From NCBI GenBank assembly GCA_038227875.1, contig JBBRPR010000046.1, forward strand, positions 1 through 64,000: DNA of 64,000 nt, in the 5' to 3' direction. The stretch is from Planctomycetota bacterium (GTDB taxonomy: Bacteria; Planctomycetota; SZUA-567; H5-PLA8). Below the pieces are notes generated by a model, which made no database searches, had not been told where the DNA came from, and worked only from the letters and a program-made list of their open reading frames with translations. The position numbers and the translations under genes were made by a program. This document shows, piece after piece, positions 13,125-23,319 of this stretch; within the stretch, counting starts at the first letter, position 1, and every line of letters begins with the position of its first letter.

Positions 13125-13140
13125 TGCAAACGTGAGGCCC
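13125..13140 (-). promoter_or_regulatory. candidate sigma-54 promoter of the pilin gene
   Basis: minus strand GGGCCTCACGTTTGCA, i.e. GG-N10-GC spacing with TTGCA at -12. Confidence 0.5.
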
Positions 13141-13381
13141 TAAATCTAAATCTTTCGTTTAAAATTCAAGGCGTTTGGGTCACGGGTATTACAGGATCGC
13201 TAATAGGTGGCGCAAATCCGTCAGCACTAACAATTATTAGCTACAACTCGTGCATGTGACATTTTCAGGCGTGGTCCGGAAAGGCAATTGCCTTCATTTT
13301 TACACGATTTCAACCGATCTTTTGAATGTGCAGGGGACTGGTGAGTCTAACTTTGCACAATCTTTGTGGAGGGAGTTACAG

Positions 13382-13651
13382 ATGCAGAAGTTCATGTTGG
13401 GTTTGATTCTCAGCGCGGGCGCCATGGGTTCGGTTCTGGCGGGAGATGGCAAGACTGACGCGCCACCCAGGCCCAAACCAGTGACGGTCTACGAGCCCCA
13501 ACGCTCCGGCGATTCTTCGTGCGGATGCGACAAGGGGTTCTTCCACCCGTTCACGAAGTTCTGGGTCAAGACCGTCGGCGGAAACATGGCCGGCGGCATG
13601 AAGTCCGGCGCTTCGCACGTCAAGCACGGCATTGGTGGCGGCGGCGACTGA
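13382..13651 (+). CDS. small secreted hypothetical protein
   Basis: GGAGGGAG RBS; MQKFMLGLILSAGAMGSVLA signal peptide. Confidence 0.65.
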   Translation: MQKFMLGLILSAGAMGSVLAGDGKTDAPPRPKPVTVYEPQRSGDSSCGCDKGFFHPFTKFWVKTVGGNMAGGMKSGASHVKHGIGGGGD

Positions 13652-13673
13652 AGTCCGCGCGCGTTAAGTAACC

Positions 13674-13708
13674 AGACCCTGGCAGCACCACGCCAGGGTC
13701 TTCTTTTT
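13674..13708 (+). terminator. intrinsic terminator between convergent genes
   Basis: AGACCCTGGC...GCCAGGGTCT followed by a T-run. Confidence 0.65.
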
Positions 13709-16254
13709 TACTTCGCGTCCGGCAATGTCAGGCGGATGTCAAACGGCGCGTACGTGATCGCATCGTAGACCTGCAGTTCCGTCACGGAAAGCCAGCGCGC
13801 GGTGGTCAGCTTGTATTTCACATAACGAGCCTGCACGGCTTCCGGCAACGCCAGCTCAAAATTCCAACCCAGTGCCTTCTCGTTGTCCTGCACCATAAAG
13901 TTAATGGGTACGTCCTTCTTATAGATATTCGTATTTACAAATCCACGGCTGGCGAAATCCTTGCCATCTTCGCTGGTCAACACTTCAACCTTGTCCTGAA
14001 CTTCGCCGCGGAACGCATCTGACCACGGCCAACCGGCGGTGATGAAAATGCGGAACGCGCCGCATTTTTGCGCGGTGCCAAGATCGACTGTGAATTCCGG
14101 CGTCTTACCGGCGTCGTACTGCAGGCCCATAGTCGGAGCATTGCCGCCGGCTTCCGGCGGACCGGCCACGCCGTCGGTCAGCACCTTTTCACCCAGCGGG
14201 TGTTTCGTTTTCGGATCAACGCTCACGGTCACGGGCTTGCCTTGTGCCAGATTCTTGCCTTCGGTCATCCAACGATGCACGTACTTTTCGCCGCCGGCAT
14301 CCTTGCCGTCGGAGTACCCGGTCTTGATCTCCTGCGCGTTCAGCGGCATTGCGACAGCCAGCGACTCCATGACCGGATGGTCGGCGCCGCCGACATCAAT
14401 GGTGTACGTGAACGGCACCGCGTCGATGCGCTGCGTGTGGCTGCGTTGCACGAGCTTGCGGTCGGCCTGCACTTCATTCCACGTGAATGTGACGCTAAAG
14501 GGTTTGAACTCCGCGGCCACGGGCTTGTATTCGGCTTCCATGTGGACGTTGTGGATGCTCGAACCGGCCGTCATGAAGTACTTGAACAGAATACTGCGGT
14601 GCCCGGCAGGGATCTCGATGGATTCCTGATGCAGCACGTCCCACGGCTGTTCACAGGTCGTCAGCGAGTACGACGGCGTCCACGTCTTGCCGTCATCAAG
14701 CGAATGGAACATGTCGATGTGATTCTTCTCGTACCGGTTTGAAAACCGTCCGCCGTATGTCACGCGGGTCATGTCGCGCGGCGTGTCGAGTTTGTAGACG
14801 ACGTACGCGTCAGCCTTGCGATCGGCGGGATGGACCCAGCCATAGTAATTCCATTCCTTGTCGAATCCGCACTCGATGTTCTTTTCTTCGAAGAGCAGTT
14901 CCTTGTACTTGCCCGGCCGGTTGTCCGGCCAGAGGACGATCGAATTGGTCTGCGCGCCCTGGCCGACGTAGATCGTGTTCTTGCCAATGTTCAGCTTCGG
15001 ATTGGCCTTGGCGTTGATCTCGGTGATGGTCTTGATTTCAACGCTCTTCAGCAGCGCATCTTCAGCCGCGGCTTTGCCGAGCAGCTCGAACTTCAGCAGA
15101 ATGTCGTACGCGCCGTTAACGTCCGCGCCGATGGCGATCTGCGCGGTCGCCTGTGGAGTGGAACCGTCCGCCGCGGCCCAGACTTCCTTCCAGGAGATAC
15201 CATTGTTCGTGCTGACGGAAACGCGCAGCGAATCGGCCGGCGTCTTGCGAACGTAATCGAGCACCAGGCTCTCGCTGGTCGTCACGTTGGCGGAGGTGAT
15301 CTTGTAAACAATCTCGCCGGCTTCACCGGCGCGCTGGCAGTGCAGACCGGCGGCATCGGCGACGACATTTTTGGTGGAGTGCGCGAAATTCTGAAACTGA
15401 TCGTTCAGCAACGGCTTGAACGTCCAAACACCGTTTCCGCGGATGCCGAACTTCTGTGGGCTCTCCGGATCGAACGACGGCTTCTCCGGATGCTCACCGA
15501 CGTTGGGAATGAAGAAGTTCGCATCGCCGCCGAGCGCATGGTACGTGCGCGTGTACGTTTCACCTTCGCGCAAGTTCAGTCGGTAGTGGTGGCCACCGTC
15601 CCAGTTGTTCCAATAGTAGCGGTATTGATGCCCGACGAACGCGCCGTGCATGGAACCGAGCGTGCGGGCGCCATCCGAACCGGTGATGAATCCATTGGGA
15701 CTCGTGCAGGTCAGGCAATGGTACTTGGCGATGTGCCCGGCTTCCTTCAGTCCGTTGGACGCGGCGCACGCGCCTTCTTGAGCGACGTCCATCACGGCGG
15801 CGATGGTCTTGCCGTCGCAGAGCGTGTACATCGCAGAAAACGCGCTGTCGTAGACGTGCCAACCGTTATCGTAATTGCATTCGGCGACCGTATGATTGGC
15901 GATGTCCCAGAATTTGACCTTCATGCCCATGCTGCCCCAGAGCGCACAGTTCATTCCCGAAACCGTGCTGCACATGGCAAAGCCATAGTCGTTGAATTGG
16001 CGGATCGGGTCGGTGCACTCAAAGCCGTGAACGATCATCGGCGTCGTCTGGCGGCGTGAGAGATGGACCCAGTAAAACATGGCCCAGACTTTCTCTTTCA
16101 GCGTCGGCCATTTCGAGGTGACGCTGTGAAGGAGAGAGGGCATGTCGGAGAAGTCCGGCGATGCGTCGGTGACCACTTTGAGGTTGCAGTCTTCCGCGCG
16201 AAGAGTAGCGCCGCAGAGTGCTGCCGCCAGTACCGCTACGAGAATGGCTTTCAC
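13708..16254 (-). CDS. secreted transglutaminase-like protein with C-terminal discoidin (F5/8 type C) domain
   Basis: signal peptide; GFAMCS...NHTVAE...WHVYD Cys-His-Asp pattern; NLAQGKPVTVS...LTDG...TVDLG...ARYVK...VTELQVY. Confidence 0.65.
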   Translation of the reverse strand: MKAILVAVLAAALCGATLRAEDCNLKVVTDASPDFSDMPSLLHSVTSKWPTLKEKVWAMFYWVHLSRRQTTPMIVHGFECTDPIRQFNDYGFAMCSTVSGMNCALWGSMGMKVKFWDIANHTVAECNYDNGWHVYDSAFSAMYTLCDGKTIAAVMDVAQEGACAASNGLKEAGHIAKYHCLTCTSPNGFITGSDGARTLGSMHGAFVGHQYRYYWNNWDGGHHYRLNLREGETYTRTYHALGGDANFFIPNVGEHPEKPSFDPESPQKFGIRGNGVWTFKPLLNDQFQNFAHSTKNVVADAAGLHCQRAGEAGEIVYKITSANVTTSESLVLDYVRKTPADSLRVSVSTNNGISWKEVWAAADGSTPQATAQIAIGADVNGAYDILLKFELLGKAAAEDALLKSVEIKTITEINAKANPKLNIGKNTIYVGQGAQTNSIVLWPDNRPGKYKELLFEEKNIECGFDKEWNYYGWVHPADRKADAYVVYKLDTPRDMTRVTYGGRFSNRYEKNHIDMFHSLDDGKTWTPSYSLTTCEQPWDVLHQESIEIPAGHRSILFKYFMTAGSSIHNVHMEAEYKPVAAEFKPFSVTFTWNEVQADRKLVQRSHTQRIDAVPFTYTIDVGGADHPVMESLAVAMPLNAQEIKTGYSDGKDAGGEKYVHRWMTEGKNLAQGKPVTVSVDPKTKHPLGEKVLTDGVAGPPEAGGNAPTMGLQYDAGKTPEFTVDLGTAQKCGAFRIFITAGWPWSDAFRGEVQDKVEVLTSEDGKDFASRGFVNTNIYKKDVPINFMVQDNEKALGWNFELALPEAVQARYVKYKLTTARWLSVTELQVYDAITYAPFDIRLTLPDAK

Positions 16255-16393
16255 GATGTGAGACTCCCCAAGGGTTCAATTGTCACTCGCCACTCCATGG
16301 TATGAGCTCGGACGGTTGGCTATGGGCAGGAAATTGGCTAAAATTACATATGTACAGTTGGACAGCTTGGTTACGGACGCTTCTGCGGATCGC

Positions 16394-17521
16394 TCACGGC
16401 TTCTCGCGCTTGATAATTTCCTGCATGATCTCGTTGATCGTATTTACGTACGCCGTGGTGGTGGTCGTCGCGCCTGAAATTCCATCCACCGGCTTGGCGG
16501 ATTCCTGCGGCGTGCGGCCATTGAACTGTTTGAAAAATTTCTCGACTTCCGGCTTCTCCAGGCGCACGCCGCGCCGTTCCAGCCAGCGCACCGGCCGCAT
16601 GTCCACGACCGTGAGTCCCGGCGACTTCAGCGCGACCAGGAACTGCGTGTCGATGCAGATCGGGCAGGTAATGTGATGGAATCCGTTGGCCACCCACCCC
16701 ACGTCCTTCTTGTCGACCTGAATGAGATAATAATCGGTGGCGTCCAGGGCCTGCGCACACGTCACCGTAGTGGCGGTGGGGCCGAAGACCTCTTTAACGT
16801 AAGAGGCGATATCGACGGATAACTTGCCCTTCAGTTTCGCTTCGCCCAGCACGCGTTCGCAGACGGCTTCGAATGATTCTTCGACCATGCGCTGGTCGCC
16901 CTTGCTGACGAGCACAAATGCCTCGAAGGTGGCCGTGATGTCGCCGTGATCCTTGATCTTGTAGACATCTTCAATCTGCTTCAACGACATACGCCCGGTC
17001 GGCGTGTCGTTGGGAACCTTGGTGATTTTTAGTTTCGGATACTTCTTGTTGACCTCGTCGATAATTTTCTCCGCGGCGGGCCAGTTCTTGTCGCCCGGTG
17101 TGTAATAGACCACGACCGCGTTTTTGTCGGTCGGCGTATCGCTGGACTGCTCGTTGTTATTCCTCTTATCCTTATCCTTGTCCTTCTCTCGTTCCTTCTC
17201 CTTCTCTTTCTCTTTTTTGCGCTTCTTCTCTTCGTCCTTGCGTTTTTCCTCGTCCTTCTTCTGCTCTTCTTCCCGCTTCTTATCTTCTTCTTTTCGCTTC
17301 TTGTCGTCGTCCTTCTTCTTGCTCGAATTCCAGTCGCTATCGTTGTCCGGAGCGTCAGAGGCCTGAACCGGCGCCGATACTGCCAGCACGCCGGCGCCCA
17401 TGCACATGAAAACCAACGCTAGAACGCCGGCCCGAATTGGCCTGGGGAATATCTTCTTCATGGGATGAGGGCACATCATGTTGGCGTCGCTGATCTGCGT
17501 GGCTCTGAATTTTGACTTCAA
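16394..17521 (-). CDS. exported protein with K/E-rich coil, thioredoxin-like region and FMN-binding domain
   Basis: signal/TM segment, KKE-rich stretch, CPIC, VDGISGATTTT; start codon uncertain. Confidence 0.6.
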   Translation of the reverse strand: MKSKFRATQISDANMMCPHPMKKIFPRPIRAGVLALVFMCMGAGVLAVSAPVQASDAPDNDSDWNSSKKKDDDKKRKEEDKKREEEQKKDEEKRKDEEKKRKKEKEKEKEREKDKDKDKRNNNEQSSDTPTDKNAVVVYYTPGDKNWPAAEKIIDEVNKKYPKLKITKVPNDTPTGRMSLKQIEDVYKIKDHGDITATFEAFVLVSKGDQRMVEESFEAVCERVLGEAKLKGKLSVDIASYVKEVFGPTATTVTCAQALDATDYYLIQVDKKDVGWVANGFHHITCPICIDTQFLVALKSPGLTVVDMRPVRWLERRGVRLEKPEVEKFFKQFNGRTPQESAKPVDGISGATTTTTAYVNTINEIMQEIIKREKP

Positions 17522-17593
17522 CCGCTGCTGCGGCTGATCTTTTCACCTCCTGTTCTTAAGCGTGTTGTGGCGGAAGTCAAACCCGTCTGTCCG

Positions 17594-18919
17594 TTACGCA
17601 TTCAATTCCGCGCGCGTTGGAAGGCGGCGGAGATCCTTTTCGCAAATTTGGAAATGCAGCGCCCGTCGCCAACGATGCGGCAGGAATAAATTCAGTATCT
17701 CACCGTCGGCGAACATGTCCAAATACGAGCACTGATAATTGAAGAACGCCAGCCGTTCCGTATCCGTCAGCGCGTTGGCGAGCACGAAGCGCGGCTCGCT
17801 CCAGGTGCGGCCTTCGTCGGTGGACAGAGAGACCCACAATTCGGATCGATCGCCCATCTGGGCGGCGTTGCCGTTCAGGCCCTGGTAATTTAAATCGTGA
17901 TGCCGGTTGTGATGGAACGCGGCGAGCGTCTTGCCATCGGCAAGCGGAAAAAGCATCGGCGGTGCGTCGGGGTGGATCAGCGTCGTGGCTTTCGGATCGC
18001 TCCAGGTTTTCCCGTCGTCCTCGCTGCGCGAATCCCAGAGATGGCCCTCGGGCGTGCGCAGCTGCATGTAAACTTTACCGCCGCCCAGCGCGATCGGGCG
18101 GCCTTCGTCCATGCGGTTGAAGTTGCGGCAGTACCAGCCGCCGTGGCTCGCGTCGGGGAGCAAATCCCACGTCTGGCCCTGATCTTCGGAGCGCAACAAA
18201 TACTGTCGCGTGAGCAGCGGGCGGTAGCTCCAGTCGCCTTCGTGCGCGCCGAGCAGCCATGTGCCGCGGTCGGTCTCGGTCATGCGCATCACCGACATGC
18301 CGCGGAATCCGGGATCGTTGCGCGGGCGGATGATGCGGACTTCCGACCAGTGAAGGCCGTCGTCGTCGGAGTAGCGGTAACCGATCGGCGCATTTTCGCG
18401 CAGGCCGTTTTTGTGATGATCTCCCGGCTGCCAAAGATCCCAGACCGGCTGCGTGCCGAACGCATAAAGTCGCTTGCTGCCCCGCGGAATCAGCGGAATA
18501 AAACCATGCTGATTGTAATCTATGTCAAACGCGACCGTGGGCCCCGTCCACGTCTTCCCTTTGTCCTTGGATCGGTACGCGACCATCGCGTTGACTTTCT
18601 TGTTCTGACCTCCATAGTGCGCGACGCCGACCCATGCGTTGTCTTTGTCGGTCTGGGGCTGCGGCAGGCCGTCGGGAAACATCAGCAGGTAGTCGCCGTT
18701 GGGCGTGATTGTGGCGCGTGTTTCAAACAGGCCGCCCCACCGGTTTCGATGCACGACCTTCCCTGTGATTCCGATGCCCGTGACCAGGCCCAGTTCCGTG
18801 TTGAGTTTTAAACGGCGAGGCAGGTCCTGGGTATAAAAATCGGAGCCTGCAACGGTGACGTTCGGGCGAATCTCTTCGGCTGGAACGGCGGGAACGTTCG
18901 GCATGCGTGGCTGCTCCAA
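17594..18919 (-). CDS. BNR/Asp-box sialidase-family protein
   Basis: repeated Asp-boxes SKDKGKTW, SDDDGLHW, SEDQGQTW, SEDDGKTW, STDEGRTW. Confidence 0.85.
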   Translation of the reverse strand: MEQPRMPNVPAVPAEEIRPNVTVAGSDFYTQDLPRRLKLNTELGLVTGIGITGKVVHRNRWGGLFETRATITPNGDYLLMFPDGLPQPQTDKDNAWVGVAHYGGQNKKVNAMVAYRSKDKGKTWTGPTVAFDIDYNQHGFIPLIPRGSKRLYAFGTQPVWDLWQPGDHHKNGLRENAPIGYRYSDDDGLHWSEVRIIRPRNDPGFRGMSVMRMTETDRGTWLLGAHEGDWSYRPLLTRQYLLRSEDQGQTWDLLPDASHGGWYCRNFNRMDEGRPIALGGGKVYMQLRTPEGHLWDSRSEDDGKTWSDPKATTLIHPDAPPMLFPLADGKTLAAFHHNRHHDLNYQGLNGNAAQMGDRSELWVSLSTDEGRTWSEPRFVLANALTDTERLAFFNYQCSYLDMFADGEILNLFLPHRWRRALHFQICEKDLRRLPTRAELNA

Positions 18920-19243
18920 AGTGAGTCAAATTTGCAAATCGGCATCTGCGATTCCTGCAGGAAAGATACGCCGCGAAAACCGCGTCCGATACAGTAATTA
19001 AATGTGATTCACGGTAAATTTGTAAGGTTCAATATTAGATAGTCCCAGCTGCAAAACCCAAAAAGCGATCTTAAGGGCGCTTAACTGGCTGCATCAATCT
19101 ACCTTTGCTGTCGTCGATCAAACGGTTAAACTTCATTGGTCAAGTCATGTGCGAGCCACGACCCGCACAGACCGACCCCGCAGACGGTCCCTGATCCCAT
19201 CTTTTATGTCGTTTGCCCGCACCGCATAGCCACGAGGTATCTC

Positions 19244-21652
19244 ATGCCCACTATTCTTGTCCTTGAAAGCGACGATCGTGCCTTCCGGTCACTCAGCACG
19301 GCGCTTCAGGGCAAGGTCCGAGCCGAATTGGAACTGTGCAAATCGGCTCAGGAAGGTCTTGAGCGGATTACCGAAACCGATTTCGACGCCATCATTGCGG
19401 ATATCCGCCTCGCGGGCGTGAGCAAGCTCACATTGCTGGAGGAAATTCGCGCCCGCCGCCCCAACACTCCGATTGTCCTCACCTCCGCCGCTGCCACGTC
19501 GGCCGACGCTTTGAACGCGCTGCGCACTGGCGCCTTCGATTTCATCACCAAGCCCTACGATCTCGATTACCTTATCAAGTCGCTGAATGCCGCCGTCAGT
19601 TTGAGCCGGATCAACAAGACCGTGGTGGAGAAATCCAAGCAGCTTGAATTGCGCGCCGCTGAATTCCAGGCGCTGGCCGAAGCGCGCGCACTGGCTCTCG
19701 CACATACGCGCATCCGGCTGGAGCAGGCCGTCGAAGCCGGGCAGACCGGAACGTGGGAATTGGATCTTAAGAACAACCAGTTCTACTGGTCGCCGTTGCT
19801 GGAGAAAATCTGCGGTCTGACTGAAGGGCAGTTCAAAGGCTCACTGGACGAACTCTACAAGTTCGTCCATCCCGACGATGCGGCCAATGTCAAAAAGGAA
19901 ATGGAGATCGCCATCTCGCAGGACACCGACGTCCAGCTGGAGTACCGGATCATACATTCGTCCGGCGCCGTCCGCTGGTTGCGCGTTCGTGGAAAAAGAT
20001 TCTTCGATGACAATGGTGCGCCGTCCAAGCTTGCGGGCGTCTGCGTCGACATCACCGACCGGCGCAACGCCACGGATACAATCGAACTGGAGCGCGAAAA
20101 ATTCCGCATCACGCTCAACAGCATCGGCGACGCGGTGATCGCCACCGATCAAGTGGGCAATCTGTCGTTCATGAATCCCATCGCCGAACGGCTGACCGGC
20201 TGGACAACCTCGGCGGCGGTGGGCAAACCAATGGATCAGATCTTCACTATCATCAACGAGAAGACCCGGAAGTTCGAGCCCAACCCCGTCATCTCCGTGC
20301 TCCGAGACGGCAAGGCGGTGGCATTGGAAAATCACACCATCGTCATTTCCAAAGCCGGGATTGAAACGCCCATCGAGGACAGTGCCGCTCCCATCATCAA
20401 TAAGAATGGCGAAATCGCCGGAGTCGTACTGGTCTTCCGCGACGTTTCCAAGGAAAAGAAAATCCAGGCGGAACGCGATGAGCTGATGCGGCTGGAACAG
20501 GAAGCGCGCGCCGAGTCCGAACGCGCCAATCTGGCCAAAGACGATTTCTTCGCCACGCTCTCCCACGAACTGCGTTCACCGTTGACGCCGATGCTGGGCT
20601 GGAGCCGGCTCTTGAAAAAGGGCGATCTGGACGAAACCGAAAGAAAACAGGGTATCGACGTCATCGAGCGCAACGTGCTGGTGCAGGCCAAGCTGATCGA
20701 CGACATCCTCGACATGTCTCGAATCATGACCGGCAAGTTGGCGCTGACCGTCGGACTGTTGGATTTCAACCGCGTGATCGCCGCCGCGGTCGACATCGTT
20801 CACAACGCCGCCGATGCCAAGCGCATCGATCTGCAGGTCACGTCTGAGACGTCGCCGCTCACGATGATTGGCGATTCCGACCGGCTGCAGCAGGTCGTCT
20901 GGAATCTGCTGACCAACGCCGTGAAATTCACACCCAAGAACGGCAAGATCTCGATCAAGACGGAATTGCGCAATTCCAGCGTGATCATGGTCGTCACCGA
21001 TTCGGGCTCGGGCATTCCCGCGGACTTCATCCCCCATTTGTTCGAACGGTTTTCGCAGGCGAACAATTCCTCCACCCGTGTGCACGGCGGGCTGGGCATT
21101 GGGCTATCGCTGGTCAAGCAACTGGTGGAACTGCACGGCGGCACGGTGGTTGCCACCAGCGACGGAGAGGCAAAGGGGTCATCGTTCACGGTGAATCTTC
21201 CCATCCGCGCAGTCGGCGAATACGACGATCCCCAGGTTCCGCCGCAAGCGGCCGTCGCGAAAGTTGCCAAGGACATGCTCTCCGGCCTGAAAATTCTGAT
21301 CGTCGACGACGAACCGGACGCCCGCGAACTGATCGGATTGTCTTTCCGTAAATTTGGCGCCAAGACCATTCTGGCCGATTCCGCCGACGATGGATTTGCG
21401 AAGTTCAAGGAAGGCGCGCCCGATTTGCTCGTCTCGGACATCGGCATGCCGGTAAAAGGCGGCCTGGAATTCATCCACATGATCCGGAAGCACGAAAATG
21501 GCGACGGCAAGGTCCCCGCCGTCGCGCTCTCTGCCTACGCCAGTGACAAGGACGGCCGCCGCAGCCTGGAGGCCGGATTCCAACTCCACATGGCCAAGCC
21601 CGTGGACCCGACGGAGCTGGTGAAGGCGGCGATTATTTTGTTGAAGCGGTAG
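19244..21652 (+). CDS. hybrid sensor histidine kinase (REC-PAS-PAS-HisKA-HATPase-REC)
   Basis: SHELRSPL H-box, NLLTNAVKFT, DSGSGI, GGLGIGL; REC domains at both ends. Confidence 0.93.
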   Translation: MPTILVLESDDRAFRSLSTALQGKVRAELELCKSAQEGLERITETDFDAIIADIRLAGVSKLTLLEEIRARRPNTPIVLTSAAATSADALNALRTGAFDFITKPYDLDYLIKSLNAAVSLSRINKTVVEKSKQLELRAAEFQALAEARALALAHTRIRLEQAVEAGQTGTWELDLKNNQFYWSPLLEKICGLTEGQFKGSLDELYKFVHPDDAANVKKEMEIAISQDTDVQLEYRIIHSSGAVRWLRVRGKRFFDDNGAPSKLAGVCVDITDRRNATDTIELEREKFRITLNSIGDAVIATDQVGNLSFMNPIAERLTGWTTSAAVGKPMDQIFTIINEKTRKFEPNPVISVLRDGKAVALENHTIVISKAGIETPIEDSAAPIINKNGEIAGVVLVFRDVSKEKKIQAERDELMRLEQEARAESERANLAKDDFFATLSHELRSPLTPMLGWSRLLKKGDLDETERKQGIDVIERNVLVQAKLIDDILDMSRIMTGKLALTVGLLDFNRVIAAAVDIVHNAADAKRIDLQVTSETSPLTMIGDSDRLQQVVWNLLTNAVKFTPKNGKISIKTELRNSSVIMVVTDSGSGIPADFIPHLFERFSQANNSSTRVHGGLGIGLSLVKQLVELHGGTVVATSDGEAKGSSFTVNLPIRAVGEYDDPQVPPQAAVAKVAKDMLSGLKILIVDDEPDARELIGLSFRKFGAKTILADSADDGFAKFKEGAPDLLVSDIGMPVKGGLEFIHMIRKHENGDGKVPAVALSAYASDKDGRRSLEAGFQLHMAKPVDPTELVKAAIILLKR

Positions 21653-21673
21653 ATCCACCCGAGGATTTGGAAC

Positions 21674-21919
21674 ATGGTTTCTGAGCGATTAAAGAACGAG
21701 CTCGCGGAACTGCGCGCGAAGATGCTGGATATTCGCGAATTCGATGCATCCTCGTCCGAACACTTACGAGGCCTGTTTGAATCGATCAAGAATCTTCAGG
21801 CGGTGATGACGGAGATGGTGCTGAATCAGGCGGAGGCACATATGCCGCTGGCAGTTGCTGCTGTGTCCGTGCCGAGCGGGAATGCCGTACACGCGCCGGG
21901 GGCGTTGCCGAAAGTTTGA
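21674..21919 (+). CDS. small hypothetical protein
   Basis: GAGG RBS, helical ORF directly after the kinase. Confidence 0.5.
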   Translation: MVSERLKNELAELRAKMLDIREFDASSSEHLRGLFESIKNLQAVMTEMVLNQAEAHMPLAVAAVSVPSGNAVHAPGALPKV

Positions 21920-21954
21920 AGCAGCCCTGCCACGATTGGGTGAGCTTTCCAAAC

Positions 21955-22254
21955 TCACTCTGTCTTGCGGTGAGTCACAAGCCCCAAAACAATCGCGACT
22001 GTTCCAGCAATTCCGAATATCGAAGGGCCCTGCTTAAAGTAGAGGGAACTCAAGAACTGAATCGAGATGAGCAAGACGCCCAATCCAATCAACATAGCCC
22101 GCCAAAGCGTCACGGGTTTAGTATCAGCCAGGTCGGGCTCGCTACCATCATTGGGTTTGTTACACTTGTCGCAAAAAGACAAGTTGCCGTGAAACCAGTG
22201 ACCGCAGTAATTGCATTCCGTCCATTTCTTACCGGGTGGCGGTTGCTCGGCCAT
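21955..22254 (-). CDS. Zn-ribbon + 2-TM small protein
   Basis: CNYCG...CDKC followed by two hydrophobic helices. Confidence 0.55.
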   Translation of the reverse strand: MAEQPPPGKKWTECNYCGHWFHGNLSFCDKCNKPNDGSEPDLADTKPVTLWRAMLIGLGVLLISIQFLSSLYFKQGPSIFGIAGTVAIVLGLVTHRKTE

Positions 22255-22364
22255 TAATTCAGTGTGCCGCGGCTATTTATCAATATACAGAAGGTTCCAG
22301 TGAAAACAGCCTTGAACCCCAGACCCACTAGCGTCCTGACACCCGGCGTCAGCAGTCTCGACTT

Positions 22365-23177
22365 TCATTTCATGACCGCGGGACGCAACATTCCGTTGCT
22401 TAGATTTTTCAACAATGAAACTTCGGTCGACCCTGCGGCGTTGATAAACATGGCGGCGGCAGATTCGGGCCATGCGGGAACGGGACCGATTGGCGTGGCC
22501 CATCCGGGACGATAGGAATAAAACAATGCGCGCCGCGGACCGTTGGAAAAATTGTGCCCACCCGCGTGTGCGGTGAAGCAATGAAAGAGGACTGCATCTC
22601 CCGCGCGCGCCAGAACACGGCGCACGTGCGTCGAAAATTCAGCTTCCACGCGCGTTCCCGGAGCGAGGTCCAGGCGGCGATGAGAACCGGGAACGATGTA
22701 CAGCGGTCCGTTGTCGGACGTCAATGAGTCCAGGTACATGCCCACATTCACCCAAGATGGTGACGTGTTACGGAAATCATCGGCGTGCTCGGTTGTGCCC
22801 CAATCAAAGTGCAGCCACTGCCGCGCCATTTCGCTGCGCGGTTCCTGTTTCTTGGCCCAATATACCCCTTTAAAGAAGCGCAGATCTTGACCGTAAATCG
22901 CGCGCACTGTCCGCAGCATTTCTGGGTTGGCAATCTGCGCCGCGAACTCGGGAATATCGAAAGGTGTGCCCCGTTCGCCCAGTCCTGCACGCTCAATATC
23001 GCCATAGATCTTCTGCAACCGCGCCGCGTTTAAGACGCCAGGCACCAGCACAAAACCGTTTTCGAAAAAGTAGTCCCGCCGCTCGGTCAGGGACATATTC
23101 TCAAAGTGCGCCTCCAGCAATGGTACTTCAGCAGACACCTCGGCGGCTGCCATCGGAACCGATTCAGATTGTTGCAT
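22365..23177 (-). CDS. phytanoyl-CoA dioxygenase (PhyH)-family 2OG-Fe(II) oxygenase
   Basis: FFENGFVLVPGVL, HFD, NGPLYIVPGSH, AGDAVLFH...HAGGHN...RRAL. Confidence 0.85.
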   Translation of the reverse strand: MQQSESVPMAAAEVSAEVPLLEAHFENMSLTERRDYFFENGFVLVPGVLNAARLQKIYGDIERAGLGERGTPFDIPEFAAQIANPEMLRTVRAIYGQDLRFFKGVYWAKKQEPRSEMARQWLHFDWGTTEHADDFRNTSPSWVNVGMYLDSLTSDNGPLYIVPGSHRRLDLAPGTRVEAEFSTHVRRVLARAGDAVLFHCFTAHAGGHNFSNGPRRALFYSYRPGWATPIGPVPAWPESAAAMFINAAGSTEVSLLKNLSNGMLRPAVMK

Positions 23178-23319
23178 GGATTTGTGCTAGCTCCAAAGCC
23201 TGCGCGCTCCCGAGCGCGCACGCTTCGAATACACCCGGTTAGAATGGAGCGTCTGAAAAAAGTGTGGTTTTGCTTCGCTTGCAGGATTGATTCACGACTT
23301 CGTATCTTCCATTGGGAAA

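Noticed and set aside
17160..17325. Pyrimidine-rich repetitive tract
   Set aside because: Explained by the K/E/D-rich protein segment on the minus strand
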